Notes under the pieces: generated by a model | Database searches by the model: none | What the model saw: only the letters and a program-made list of their open reading frames with translations | What the model was told of the DNA's origin: nothing | Made by a program: the position numbers and the translations under genes | DNA from: Octopus vulgaris | Lineage: Eukaryota | Assembly (NCBI GenBank): GCA_951406725.2 | Contig: OX597815.1 | Coordinates: 167,586,001 to 167,650,000 of the forward strand | Direction: 5' to 3' | Length of the DNA stretch: 64,000 bases | In this document: positions 10,778 through 25,024 of the stretch, in pieces | Layout: each line of letters begins with the position of its first letter | Position numbering within the stretch: the stretch's first letter is position 1

Positions 10778-12296
10778 CACCTTTTTTTAAAGGTTTAAGA
10801 AATTCCGCAGCTCTAATCTCTTATTGAGTTTCTACAAAGCTCAAATAAGATCTCCGATAACTCTCCCACCTGTGAAACGATAATGTAACACGCACAAACA
10901 TCCTATAATATTGCCATTTCGTTGATTGGAAAATACACCCACCTCCCACAGACTTCAATCTTGAACTCACGACGCACTGCCTTTTCTACCTTTACTACAA
11001 ATACCTATGCTTCTCAGAGCCAAGCTATCTGGGCTTTATCTTCATGCAGTACTGTTGTATTATCCTCTTTGGATCCACATGAACCATGCAATCTTGCTCA
11101 GGTGTCTCTTGCGCCCCACAATAGCCAACTAAGTTAAGTCGCATTTGAGAACCTCAACACCCACCAAAACCTTTCCTGTACAGGGTTTTAATGCTGAAGT
11201 TTTCTTGCAGATGTTAAATTTGGACATAAGCCACATGAAGCACCCTAGTATTAAGAACCTACGAAGGACACAAACTCAATTTTTCCTGTCTAAACTAAAA
11301 AACTATCTAAAAGTTTGGAGAGGAAGAAACAATAGAACACCGGACGAAATGCTTTACTGAATTTAATTTCGTCTCATTATCTTCTATATTTCAACAGATT
11401 ATTACTTCGTAGTGTCGTAACAAAATGGCAGATATGTTCAACAAAGTATAAAATTAGGTGGCAGTTTTGGTATGTTGTACACTTGAGGTTTACTCTAGGT
11501 CATTCTTTAAAGTCGCATCTCCTTATAATAGAAGTTGTTACGATATTTATTTGCAGAAAAAAAAAAACAGAAAAGAAAATGAAGTATTTAAGGGCAGAGG
11601 GAGAGAGGAGGGTGAAATAAAGAGTGGGTGAGAGAAATAATTCAGAAATACAAAGTTCAAATTAAATTAAATCAATATCATAAAAAGTATGTGCACATAC
11701 ACACACACACAAACAAACACACACATACATACGTACACACATACAGGAGGATACGTGTGTTTGCTTACATACCTATAATAGATATAAATATGCACTCACA
11801 TGTGTGTCCTCATGTATGTATGTGTGAATGAATAAGTGGAAGAATGAATGAATGACGAAATAAGAAAATAAGAAACGGAATCCAAAACAGAAAGAGCAAG
11901 CTTATGAGAAAAAAAAAATGTGTATTGTTGCCAGACGCGTTGTTCAATGGTTGTCATAGAACAATGTAAATGGAAGCTGCCTCCTTTTTTAAAGACAATT
12001 TTAAACAGTTTTGGGTTACCAAAAACCAGCAAGCTTCGTTACACCACCACAGTAATTTATGACCGATTTATTCGCTTTTTAACCTCACCTGGTGTCTCCA
12101 CTTGCATGCACACACGCACACATGCGCGTACGTTTGCACAGACGACATACAGATCACATGTAGACACATGCCCACGAATACAAGCACAAACAGCAACACT
12201 GTCATAAAAGATTGACTCAAAGCATCATCACTATTAGCAGGAACACACGGAGGGATTTTCTGAATTAAGAAATATCATTATCGATAATCGTATACG

Positions 12297-12572
<276 letters not shown>

Positions 12573-12797
12573 CATACAAGTAAATATTTAAGTGTGGGTT
12601 ATGTCGATACGATCGATGAGCAGCAAAGTTTCTCGTATATTCCATTTTCTATCTCTATCATTTGTTGTGTGTGCGTGTGTGGTTTTGAGGGCCTGAAATT
12701 TAAGGAGTTGCACACACGATCGCAAAATCGTGGTTCGTTTCCCTGACAAAGCGGTGCATTGAGATCTTGAGCTAAACAATACATTTCTCGTTGCTCT

Positions 12798-12869
12798 ATG
12801 ATCCCTTCGGCATCTGACGCGTGGAACACCGTGCCCTTGTACAGCAAATGTACAGCCGAGTTGATAAGG
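12798..12869 (+). CDS. Candidate short first coding exon (MIPSASDAWNTVPLYSKCTAELIR)
   Basis: ATG-initiated 24-codon frame in apparently unique, GC-richer DNA ending at a strong donor AGG|GTGAGT. No homology recognised and no downstream exon identified. Confidence 0.25.
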
Positions 12870-13929
12870 GTGAGTTTATGTACAGCACGAACATTTGATG
12901 GAAGCGTCCACGATGTCCGTGACTGAACAATGTTGAATCAATTGTTTGATCTACTGAGTTACCTGCTCCTGAATTAACGTGTGAATGGAAGAGCATTGTG
13001 CAAACATATGGGATGCTATAAACATAACTGTCAGGCAAAATCTACATGAGACAGAGTTTGATTTTTAATTACTCATATAAAGCACTCTCCTCTGCAGTGG
13101 ATCTATAGATTTTCCATTTACCCAATTTCATCATGTAACCTTTTCTTCGTTGATGATGTCAACCGCCAAAAAGCAACCAGGGACCGATTAGTGATGTTAC
13201 GGTAAAATATTTTTTCTACTTCTCAGGAACAGGAACGCTCAGTTTGACTGCTTTCAACCATTTTCCATCGACCAAATTTCGTTCACGAAGGTTTTAGTTG
13301 GCCCCTAAGTTACCGGAGATGACATTTGTTCAAGGTGCCGCTTAGTCGGATCGAGCCTAAACCCATATGGTTGCGAAGAGAGCCTCCTATGGCTTACCAT
13401 TTTCAAACTATTGTACTAATGCAACACACATGACAGTGACTTGTACAAGTGGCGTCAACATGATAATTTAGATACATGACTTACATGAATTTTTAACAGT
13501 TTTCAACATTATTTACAAGATGCTAGTCACGTACACACACACACACACACACGTGCACAAACACACATTTACAGAGGCTTTCTGGTATCTCAATCAGCAA
13601 TCACATTCAGCTCTACATGTTGAAAGTAATATTCATTCAGTGACATCCAGGAAGTAAACCTAGTTAATGACAGCAACATTTTGGCAACCGGATTGAATCG
13701 TTGTTTGTTTGTTTGTGTATGTGTGTGTGTGTTCGTATATATATATATACATGCTTGTATGAGAGTGTGTATGTGTGTATGTGTATTGCTTCTAAATTGA
13801 AATCTAGAACATTAATTTTCACAGTACTTCAAAATTTTGGTGTAGATCAGATTTCACGGTCCGAGAAAGCTAGTCGATTGTGAAACTCCGAGGTCACTAT
13901 CACCATTTCGCGTACGATATCTATTCCAC

Positions 13930-14520
13930 TTCTGTGTGCTCTGTGTTCAAATCCCTCGATGGTCATCTTTACCTTTCTCTCTCCAGGAACGATAACATAA
14001 AGTACAAATCATACAGACATCGATACAATCAACTTCTCACCTTCTCACAAATTTGAGTCATTGTATATTATGTTAGAAGCAATTATTATTTATTTTCATC
14101 ACAAACGCGAACTCAGTCAGCTGGAATACCCGTTAGCAAGTCGGACAAAATACTTAGCGGCATTTTTTTTCGGGTCTTTACACTCTGATCGATTTGACCT
14201 CCAATCATTTCGGACCTCATATATACCCGGTGTGCGTGGAGATCGCTACAATTGACTTAACCGTTTCCTCAAAACTGCTGGCCTATTGTTGTATTCTGGA
14301 ACCGTTTTAAGGCATTGATCTGCTAAAATCGTTTGCGCAACAGATAAAATGCTTACGTTCTGGTTTCAAATCCCGATGAGGACGACTTTACCTTGTATTC
14401 TTTTAAGGTTTGATAAAATAAGATACCAATTTAGTAAAGGAGCAGATGTAATCAACTTATCTACTTCTCAGAAATTTGCTTGTTTTGTACCAAAAGTAGA
14501 AAATGTTGCCAGAAGAGCGG
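13930..14520 (+). mobile_element. Cluster of old, degenerate family-B SINEs
   Basis: Repeated decayed GTTCAAATC..CTTTACCTT..GATAA..GTAC motifs. Confidence 0.45.
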
Positions 14521-14619
14521 GATCAATCTGATAACGAAATAACTTGCAGCTAGTTATTACGTCTCTTTTTGATCAGGTCTCCTGAGTCACCAATGTTACT
14601 CTGCTTGCCGTTCGTTGAA

Positions 14620-14948
14620 GGCGCATGGCCCAGTGTTTAGAGCATCAGGATCACAATCAAGAGGTAGTGAGTTCGATTCCCGGACCAGGCTGTGTGTTGT
14701 GTTCTTGTGCAAGGCACTTTATTTCAAGTCGATCCAGTTCACTCTTCTGTAGAAATAAGTTGCGACGTCACTGGTGCCAAGCTGTATCGGCCTTTGCCTT
14801 TCTCTTGGATAACATCGGTGAGGAGGAGAGGTAAGACTGGTGTGCATAGGTGACTGCTGGTCTTCCATAAACAACCTTTCCCGGACTTTCCTTCGGAGCA
14901 GAACTTTCTAGATGCAATCTCATGGTTGTTCATGACCGAAGGGTATCT
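14620..14948 (+). mobile_element. tRNA-derived SINE family C
   Basis: A-box-like TGGCCCAGTGTT and B-box GAGTTCGATTCC, then GTTCTTGTGCAAGGCACTT; a decayed relative lies at ~51295-51420. Confidence 0.75.
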
Positions 14949-15235
14949 CCACTCTTTCTATAACTGACAACATTGTTTCTCAAAATTCATGACTTTATGC
15001 GTATACCTAAGAAAGTTTTATTTGTACTAAATAGAAAACAATTAAAGATGCCATGTGGTATATTAGAAGAATAACTTTAGGTTTTCAGAGTACGAGATTG
15101 ATCGATGTTGAATTTCATTGAAATAAAGTCGAACGTGAAATACAAAATTGATTAAATGGAAAATTTCCTAATCCTAAAACTGTAATCTAATTTAATGCAA
15201 GACATGATCATCATCATTGACATTATTATTACCTT

Positions 15236-15438
15236 CTAAAGCAGCAAGCTGATATAAATGTGAGCACGCAGTACACAATTCGTAGTGGCATTTCGTCTGT
15301 GATTACGTCTGAGTTCGAATTCCGCTGAGATCGACTTTCCTTTCATCCTCGAAGTCGATGAAATAAGTACCAGATAAGCATTGACGTCGATGTAATCGAC
15401 TAGCCTCCTCCTGTAAATAATTTCTGGCAGTGTGACAA
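15236..15438 (+). mobile_element. SINE family B, diverged, directly followed by a family-A SINE
   Basis: GAGTTCGAATTCCGCTGAGATCGACTTTCCTTTCATCC..AAGTACCAG. Confidence 0.7.
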
Positions 15439-15440
15439 TT

Positions 15441-15846
15441 GCGTAGGAGGGGCTGTGTGGTTAGTAGCTTGCTTAAAAACCACATGGTTCCGGGTTCAGT
15501 CCTAATGCATGATACCTTGGGAAAATGTCTTCTACTATAGCCTCGGGTCGACCAAAGCCTTGTGAGTGGATTTGCGAGACGGAAACTGAAAGAAGCCCGT
15601 CGTATACATGTATATATATATATATGTATGTGTGTGAGTATATGTTTCTGTGTCTGTGTTTGTCCCCCAAACATCGCTTGACAGCCGATGCTTTTGTGTT
15701 TACGTCCCCGTAACTTAGCGGTTCGGCAAAACAGACCGATAGAATAAGTACTAGGCCTGGGATCGATTTGCTCGATTGAAGGCGGTGCTCCAGCATGGCC
15801 ACAGTCAATGACTGAAACACGTAAAGCAGTAAAAGAGTAAATAGTA
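15441..15846 (+). mobile_element. SINE family A, full length
   Basis: Same head, core and tail as 8827-9240. Confidence 0.9.
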
Positions 15847-16667
15847 TAGTAGAAGTGATTATTAATATTATCTATGTTGAGTGTCTGTGTGTGCTCCAAA
15901 ATTCCAAATGAGGTGGTGGTGGTGGTGGTGGTGGTGGTGGTGCTGCTGCTGCTGCTGCTGCTGCTGATGCAGCTGGTGTTTTAATATCTTTGGAAAAGGC
16001 ATTACTGCCACGACTTATGTAAGCCATACACTTCACTGACACAAGTTAATATACTGAGCGTCTCACCATACGATAAATAGGTTAAGCTCAACCAATAACT
16101 CTATCATCACGTAATTTTTTTTTAAGTATCATGATTGCTTTATATATTCCACATTTCACAAACCCCTGAAACATTTAACATACCCATACTGAAATCGCCC
16201 ACAGCCAGTTCAGCGACTGGTAATTAGAAAAGCTTTTGTTCACTCCACGCTTGAGATGATATCAATGATTGATTATAAATAGCGCTCTATTATATCGTCA
16301 GAGTTCTGTATATAGGCGCATATACCTGTATTTGCTTATGTTTGTTTGGCTATGTTTGTATTTATTTTCATTTTTTTATAAGGTCATGAAGCCTGAAATT
16401 CATCACCAAGAGAGAATGAGGTTGTCTCATTTATATTTTCTGAGAGAGCATTCACAAACTAACTGAAAGTACTTCTGTCTTGAAATGGAAATAATAACAA
16501 CTAAATCCATCCATCTCTCTACTCTACATTCTCTCTCTTTCTCCCTCTCCTTCCTTCTCTCCCCAGATACGCATACATATTGCTTATATAAATATGCCAT
16601 GCGTGTGTATATATATACACGTATACATATATAAATGCATATAATAACACACACACACACACATATA

Positions 16668-17050
16668 CTCTTTTTCTCTTTTACTTGTTTCAGTCATTTG
16701 ACTGCGGCCATGCTGGAGCACCGCCTTTAGTCGAGCAAATCGACCCCGGGACTTATTCTTTGTAAGCCCAGTACTTATTCTAGCGGTCTCTTTTGCCGAA
16801 CCGCTAAGTGACGGGGACGTAAACACATCAGCATCGGTTGTCAAGCACAGACACACAAACATACACACACATATATATATACATATATACGACAGGCTTC
16901 TTTCAGTTTCCGTCTACCAAATCCACTCACAAGGCATTGGTCGGCCCGGGACTATAGCAGAAGACACTTGCCCAAGATGCCACGCAGTGGGACTGAACCC
17001 AGAACCATGTGGTTTGTAAGCAAGCTACTTACCACACAGCCACTCCTGCG

Positions 17051-17052
<2 letters not shown>
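16668..17052 (-). mobile_element. SINE family A
   Basis: Same head, core and tail; abuts (TA)n. Confidence 0.9.
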
Positions 17053-17117
<65 letters not shown>

Positions 17118-17118
17118 T

Positions 17119-17274
17119 ATACCGGAGTAAACACATAAATGTGAAACAAGGTGGAAAAAAGAGTACTCAAATGCCAGAGGTAGAGTAATATGCTTTATTT
17201 AAAAGCAGCAGAAATTCAACAAAAGCTGTTACTCGGAGTTTCACGTTCCCGTTCGGTGGGCAGTTTTTGGTTTT

Positions 17275-17278
<4 letters not shown>
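17119..17278 (-). mobile_element. Short pLTR-like repeat in (TA)n with a decayed hammerhead (17226-17263)
   Basis: Reverse complement CUGC-CCACCGA-ACG-GGAA-CGU-GAAA-CUCCGAG-UA-ACAG: stems II/III and the GUA triplet are intact, the 5' core is mutated. Confidence 0.55.
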
Positions 17279-17314
<36 letters not shown>

Positions 17315-17943
17315 CATATATTATATTTATGTACATATATGTATATACATAATTAAGTGAGTGTGTGTGAGAGAAAATGAGAGAGAGGGGCACCCGAATA
17401 AGGCCGGAGGGTACAATGGCCGAAACGGTGTGGTGATAACAATTAAAATGAGGGCATTAGCATTAATTAGTACTAATACAAACACACGCCTACAGCATGC
17501 TTGGAAAGATAAAGTCAGCCACACACAAATTTTCCTGCAAGCAGGAACCTCCAGCGTTGAAGCAATCATACAACGCCTGATAAACGTATCCCGAAAATGG
17601 TTTTCTTCGGAGAGGTATCAATTGGTATTCACCCGGTCGGGAGACCCAGAAAGAATTTCATGGATCATCTTAAGCTTGTTCTTAACTCCGGCAACTGTCT
17701 GAAGCATCCTAAGCTATATATATTTGGATTTGGTTTACAAGATTCTTTATATGAGTCCGTGTGTTGAAGCATATTCTGTTGTGTCTGGGGAGAGTCATTC
17801 TCGTTTAGTGCCTTATTATTTAACACACTCACCGGTAAAATTTCCACTTATTTCTTGTTTTTATTTTCTAAAATGTTCGTTGCGTCTTGCAACAATTTCA
17901 ATAGTCTTGACTGTGTCCGTTATTTAAACTGCGTTCTCTTTTG

Positions 17944-17945
<2 letters not shown>

Positions 17946-18025
<80 letters not shown>

Positions 18026-18046
18026 TAGATAGATAGATAGATAGAT

Positions 18047-18131
<85 letters not shown>

Positions 18132-18136
18132 TAGAC

Positions 18137-18222
<86 letters not shown>

Positions 18223-18240
18223 TCAGACAGACAGACAGAC

Positions 18241-18302
<62 letters not shown>
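17946..18302. repeat. Compound microsatellite (TA)n/(GA)n/(GATA)n/(GACA)n
   Basis: Read directly from the sequence. Confidence 0.95.
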
Positions 18303-19102
18303 CTACAGGAGTGAGTGGACATGAGAAAGAAAAGGGCACGCTACACATTCATTAGGATTTACGTGTGTTATTTAAAACAGTTTGATTCGACTCCATGCGA
18401 CTTTACGTTTCTCGGGCCCGCGAAAATTTCAAGTCGCATACACACATACATATATGGTTGGGGGTATGTTTGTATGTATGTATGTATGTATACGACACGA
18501 ATAAATATATGTCTGAGTGTAAATAGTATGTCCACTTTCCACATGAGTTCTTAACTAGGCAAAACAATTTTGTTTCAAGGTGCAGCTGGAAGGTAATAGC
18601 TAAAGTTACTAAATATACATCTTGTATTACATATTTATTAAATTAGCAGACAAACAAACACAAAGAAGAGGAGAAAATGAGTGTACTTTAAGAATAGTGT
18701 CTGCTATTTAAAGAATTCTTGTCTTTCATTTTTCTTATTATTGAATCAGATGAAAATTTAAATGAAAATAAGTGTCAACATTAAATAGAAAAACAAGCGT
18801 ATTCATTGAAGGTTCTAACGTTACCTAAATTATCCTGCAAACGACAAGGATTACTATTATCTGAACGATATTAAAGAAAGATTTGGGTTAATCGTAATAT
18901 GAACGCGGAAAGTCTGCTGTCAAACATCAGCCCACTTATTATACAGGTTAACAACTTTTAAACATTTAAAGTCAAGCACGTTTTGTATGGAACAATTTGG
19001 AAACATTACGCGTATTATATATATATGGGGGTGTATGTATTTCGGTGGGTGGGTGTTAACATTATCACTGTTAACAACATTCTTGTATAAGAATTATTTA
19101 TA

Positions 19103-19141
<39 letters not shown>

Positions 19142-19501
19142 GTACCTTCGAAACGCAGAGTACATAAAACAGAGGACAACCTGATGAAGGGAATGTTCTT
19201 TATGTTGTATGTCTCCTTTCTCTGTTATTTTTCGTCGTTCGAAAAAAGTTCCTTTTCTATGTTTTTGTTTTTTGTGTTCTCGTTTCTCATTTTGTCTATG
19301 TTTTTTTATGTCCTGTACCCATATATGCAAGTATATATACATATATATGTAGGTATGTACATATATGTATGTATAAATGCATATATTTATATATTATTTA
19401 TATTATTATATGATCGAACGCCACGCATCCTTTCCAAATAAGTTTTATCTATCTATCTATCTATCTATCTATATATATATATATATATATATACATATAC
19501 A

Positions 19502-19805
19502 TACGAGTTCTAATCAATAAGTATCCGGAGTGTCGCCATAGTAACGCTGCAAAAGCACGCAGAGTGAAGCCGCTTGGCAAAAATTGACCTTGAGATTCCG
19601 ATGAAGCACTGAAACACGTGTCTGCCAACTTTGTGCCAAAACTGCTTTCAGCTGCCCAAGAAGACATTCAAGTTTCAGTTGCACAAGATCTTGATTGTGT
19701 CGTGAACGATGAAATTTTTTTGAAAACTTTGCGTAGGCCTCTGAGCAGATTCTCTACTCAATTTTCTTTGTCATGGTCGATGCGACGATCACACTCTACA
19801 CAGTG
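19502..19805 (+). mobile_element. Internally deleted mariner-derived element
   Basis: TIR TACGAG.TCT.ATCAATAAGTATCCGGA..GT.GCCATAGTAACG shared with 32890-32933 and 59897-59941; peptide HVSANFVPKLLS. Confidence 0.75.
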
Positions 19806-20545
19806 GTTTTGGTGCATGACTCGACCCACTTACTTTACCTGAAAATTTTGGTCTTAAAAATTTGACTTGTGTGCTGGAGAATATGGAAATATATCATTTT
19901 CATTTATCATGCAATCATGAGAGATAAATCAGAACTTATTTTAGTGTTACTTTGGTCTCTTCAGCGAAATATACTTCACTGCCCTTTCTGAATGTCCATA
20001 TAAAGGTGAGTGAATGAAATATGTCATTTACAAGGCTGTACATTTGCTGGCGCAGGTAAAATTATTCTGATTTAAGAAACAAATCCTTTAGTGACACCAT
20101 GTTCTTGAAAACAATAGGTAAATTAATGTTAAATATATACATATTGAAGGAAAATTCAATGTGAGCTTGATATAATTATACAGTTTCACCATGCCGCATT
20201 TTCATAAAGATTAGATCAAAGAGATAGGTGAATATCAAACGAACTGAAGACTGACAGAATTGAGTTCTGCCCACACTCATAAGATTTCATCCTGTCTCAA
20301 GTAAATAAAATAGAACGTGATAATAAAAATTACGCGTAAAGAGAAAGGTTGATTGACACAATGTTACAGATAAAGGGAATCTAGGTTAGATATAATTCAT
20401 TTTAATTTAGGTAATAATCGCACACACCACTCATATGTATATGTATGTATGCATAGATAGATAGATAGATAGATAGATACATACATACATACATACATAC
20501 ATACATACATACATACATACATACATACATACATACATACATACA

Positions 20546-21395
20546 GAAAACTATGCGTGGATATGTTACTAGCAAGCTCCGTGATGATAGTAACATCGAT
20601 CATCAAAGCAGTTTATCATGGGCCAATAGCCGGATTACTACCTCCAACTTTGAAGGGTATGCGTTTGCAATCCAGGAACAGGAAATATCAACAAAGTACC
20701 TGATGAAGGGATAGAGATGCAGGAAAAGCAGTAAAGTGTGACAACCGATGCAGATTTTGTAGAGGTCACACTGAAGATATCAGTAGTTGTCCGAAAATGT
20801 CATCACGGTATTATCTACCGATGAGACATGATGTACCTAGGAAACTTTATAATGAAATCCGTCGGAAGGATAATCCCGAGGACAAAGAAATATGGACCCA
20901 CGTTATGATAGAAGCAATAGCCACTCATAATAAAAAGGAATACTGGTGGAATGTACCAGTGAAGCCCTCAATAAAATGTAAGCACAACAGATATGATATA
21001 ATGATTTGGGATTGAGAAGAGAGACTGTAGAGTTGTGGAAATTAGCTGCCCAGCGGATGTTAACATAAAGTTGAAGATCAGTAAAAAAGAGAACACCTAT
21101 GCTGAACTATTGAGAAATCTGCATTTATTCTATCCAGATAACAAGTTCAGGTTTATAGCTGTAATTATTGGGGCCCTGGGATATGTAACACACTGTCTAA
21201 ATACCAATCTTGAGAAATTAGGCTTCTTAAAAAAAGAGGAAAGCTAATTCGAAGATTACAGATCCAATCCATCAGTAGAACTCTAAAAAATCTGTAAAAC
21301 TTTCCAGAAGTTTATCATTTAAAAATATATGAGCATTTCTACATATGCAACTGTATGTCTGAGTATACATACATAAAACATACAAATCTGCAAAA
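20546..21395 (+). mobile_element. 3' fragment of an RLE-type non-LTR retrotransposon inside (CATA)n
   Basis: FAIQEQEISTKY, CDNRCRFC, SCPKM..YLPMRHD, YDIMIWD, EISCPAD, KENTY, IIGALG: zinc knuckle plus PD-(D/E)xK-type domain. (CATA)n on both sides. Confidence 0.85.
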
Positions 21396-21890
21396 TACAT
21401 ACATACATACATACATACATACATACATACATACATACATACATACATACATACATACATACATACATACATAAGTATGGTAGATAAGTTCAGTAAAATT
21501 TAGATTCCGATGAATATGGTACTTAAGTTGAAGGCACCAGAATTTAGTATGGTATATAATTTAAAATAAGGTGATTATAATCAAAATAAGAAACAAGGAT
21601 AAATTGATGTAATGTTTTCATTGTTCAATTAAATGGAGACGCATGAAACGATCGTACTGCATTACCTCTGGATATCCTTGTTGCTTATTTTGACATACAT
21701 ACATACATACATACATACATACATACATACATACATACATACATACATACATACATACATACATACGTACATACATACATATAAATATATACGGGTAAAC
21801 AGAAAGTCAATAGACACATTGTTAGAGATAATGGAATTTAGACTTGATATAATCGATTCTAATTAAGGTAATAAATACACACACACACAC

Positions 21891-22183
21891 ACATACTCGA
21901 ACACACTCTCTCTCCACACACACGGGGGTGTGTAGAGGGAGAGGAAGAGAGAGGAGATAGATAATAAGATAGATAGAATGAAAGACAGACATATAAATGT
22001 ATATAATATATATACAAATATATGTATGTGTAATTATACCTATGCAAATATATATATACAGACATACACATACTCGAACACACTCTCTCTCCACACACAC
22101 GGGGGTGTGTAGAGGGAGAGGAAGAGAGAGGAGATAGATAATAAGATAGATAGAATGACAGACAGACATATAAATGTATATAA
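21891..22183. repeat. Direct duplication with period ~177 bp
   Basis: ACATACTCGAACACACTCTC...GGGGGTGTGTAGAGGGAGAGG... occurs at 21891 and 22068. Confidence 0.9.
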
Positions 22184-22240
22184 TACATACAAATATATGT
22201 ATGTATAAGTATACGGGTGCAAATACACACACACACACAC

Positions 22241-22440
22241 TCTTATATAAAATCCGTTCTGTCTGTCTGTGCGTGTGGCTTCTAGGATCGCGGGCATCCT
22301 CCATCCGATTGCGCTCAAATTTGATATGTAGATACCGACGGTATCAGGGCGTGTATAAGTCTTGAAACGATTACAAAAATCGATTCCAGGGGAAAATGCG
22401 ATCGATGTAGCCGTGGGAAATCGTTTTTCTTTGGAATAGA
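22241..22440 (+). mobile_element. Probable 5' part of a non-autonomous Helitron-like element
   Basis: TC start, ATATAAAA, (CTGT)n and CCGATT..CTCAAATTTG layout, similar to the far end of 58693-59530. Confidence 0.45.
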
Positions 22441-22787
22441 AAAAAAGTCTATCTTTATTTCTTCTTTTGCTGGTGTCTCAAATTTAGGTTAAATCAGTGT
22501 TTCTCAAAGGGGAGGCCTATGGGATGGTCAGACAAGTTGTTCTGAGAAAATTTGGTTTAAATGTTTGACAACTCAGCACTATCCATTGGACAGGCGGGGG
22601 GCGTTTTGCTCGTGTATATATATATGCATTATAATTACTTGTGTACATTAGACTTGGGTAAAATAATCGAGGTTAAGGATTTATTACACGGATACAGTTG
22701 AAAGATTTCATTGATTAAATCAGCCTTAGTACTTGACCGGTCTTTCATTTTCTAGACCCCGCTACTAAAAAGAAAAGAAAAAGAAAC

Positions 22788-23043
<256 letters not shown>

Positions 23044-23954
23044 GTACTTATTAATATCATTGTTTAAACGCGAAACAGTAATTCTCTTATAACTTCTGTG
23101 TGTAGCTGTATATGTATATACATCTTTACACGCTTGTCTGCATGTGTGCTGTTACATTTGGGTGTTTCTCTGTGTGTATGTGTCTTTTTCGTCGTCATCG
23201 ATATCCTTTGAACGTAAACGTCAGACGCAGTGGTGAATATAATAAGAGGACAGCTTCAGACACCTTATATTGTACAAAACTACTCTACGTCGCTCTTCAA
23301 TATCGTCTGTACATTGTACCATAAAGGTAGAATGACAAACATCTTTAAAGCAACCTGCTAATAAATCTATACACTCAAATTCAGAAGAGCAATAGTTAGA
23401 TGTTTCATCTCTGGCGACGTCTTAAGCATAAAGAAGAAAACAGACGCTAAACTGACAATGGCATCAAATCCGTGGGAATATATGAAACCTATCTGTACAC
23501 GGTAATCCAGCCCCATTTAAAGAATTGTTTCTGGAAGATACTCCTTTGTTAAATTGGAAAAGATTCTATTGCTTTTTATCCTTATTCTTTACCCCAACCC
23601 CCAACCCCCAACCTTTTATTTCTTTCGTCGTTTTCGTTTTGTTTTCGTTTCGGTAAGGACATTTTAATGTCTTTATTGAATCACAGGCTGGTGCCAATGT
23701 CTGGAATTGATCAATAGTTTTAACCTGTCTACCACTGCTCTTATAAAAGGACAGACTAGACCGAAAACAATGACTTTCATACTAGCTTACCTAGCTGAAC
23801 TTTTACATCAATACTCTGACACCAGATATTATTGTCTAAAATGTGAATACATGTTAATACTATCCTTTTCCTTTCCTTTTTAGATTTGTTAGTATGTATT
23901 TCTGAGCTTCGGGAATCCTATGATTATATTGATAATGAATAACTCGTTCTTCTT

Positions 23955-24103
<149 letters not shown>

Positions 24104-24128
24104 CATCATTATTATTATTATTATTATT

Positions 24129-24730
24129 CAGTAGTTTTATTTTTATAGCGTGCTTTCACTTCACTACCGAGCGCAGCTCTGTGTGCCTTGGGTATGTGCT
24201 GTGATGCTCTGATGGTTATTGTATGGAAAGCGTAGGATGTGTGCAGTGCCTAGTAGTGCAATTTTCTGTATGTTATATGTGTTTGTAAGTCCTGGTGTTT
24301 TTGTTATGTATTTGTCTGAATATTTTTTTATCATGCCTAATGCACCTACTATGATAGGAATTGTTTCTGTTTTCAGATTCCACATTCTAGTTACCTCTAT
24401 TTCCAGGTCTTTGTATTTTGAGAGTTTCTCCATTTCTTTTAGAGACACGTTGTCATCTGCCGGTATTGATACATCAATTAGAAAGCATTTTTTTCTTCAT
24501 GATCTCTGACAACTATATCTGGTCTGTTGGCCTTAATTTCTCTATCTGTGTGTATCGGCATATCCCAGAGTATGGTTGCTTTCTCGTTTTCTGTGACCTT
24601 TTCTGGAGTGTGCCTATACCATCTTTTTTCTGTTGTTATTCCATAATGTTGGCATAGCTTCCAATGTATGTAGGTTCCAACTCTGTCATGTCTGTGAATA
24701 TATTCCTTCTTAGCCAGGACTGGGCAGCTA

Positions 24731-24731
<1 letters not shown>
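24129..24731 (-). mobile_element. R4/Dong-like RLE LINE 3' fragment in (TAA)n
   Basis: SCPVLAKKEYIHRHD..W..C; ILWDMPIHTDREIKANRPDIVV; IDVSIP; EKLSKYKDL; PIIVGALG. Embedded in (TAA)n. Confidence 0.92.
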
Positions 24732-24799
<68 letters not shown>

Positions 24800-24802
24800 T
24801 TC

Positions 24803-24884
<82 letters not shown>

Positions 24885-24939
24885 GGAAAACCAACAGATG
24901 CATGCTCCTGGTGTACCCGTATCAGACTGGTAGACTGGT

Positions 24940-24970
<31 letters not shown>

Positions 24971-25024
24971 CAACAACAGCAGCAACAACAACAAGAGTGC
25001 TCAGAGAGTGCAAACCTCCGCCAA

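Noticed and set aside
14620-14690. tRNA gene
   Set aside because: A/B boxes are present but no complete cloverleaf is evident and it continues into a SINE body.
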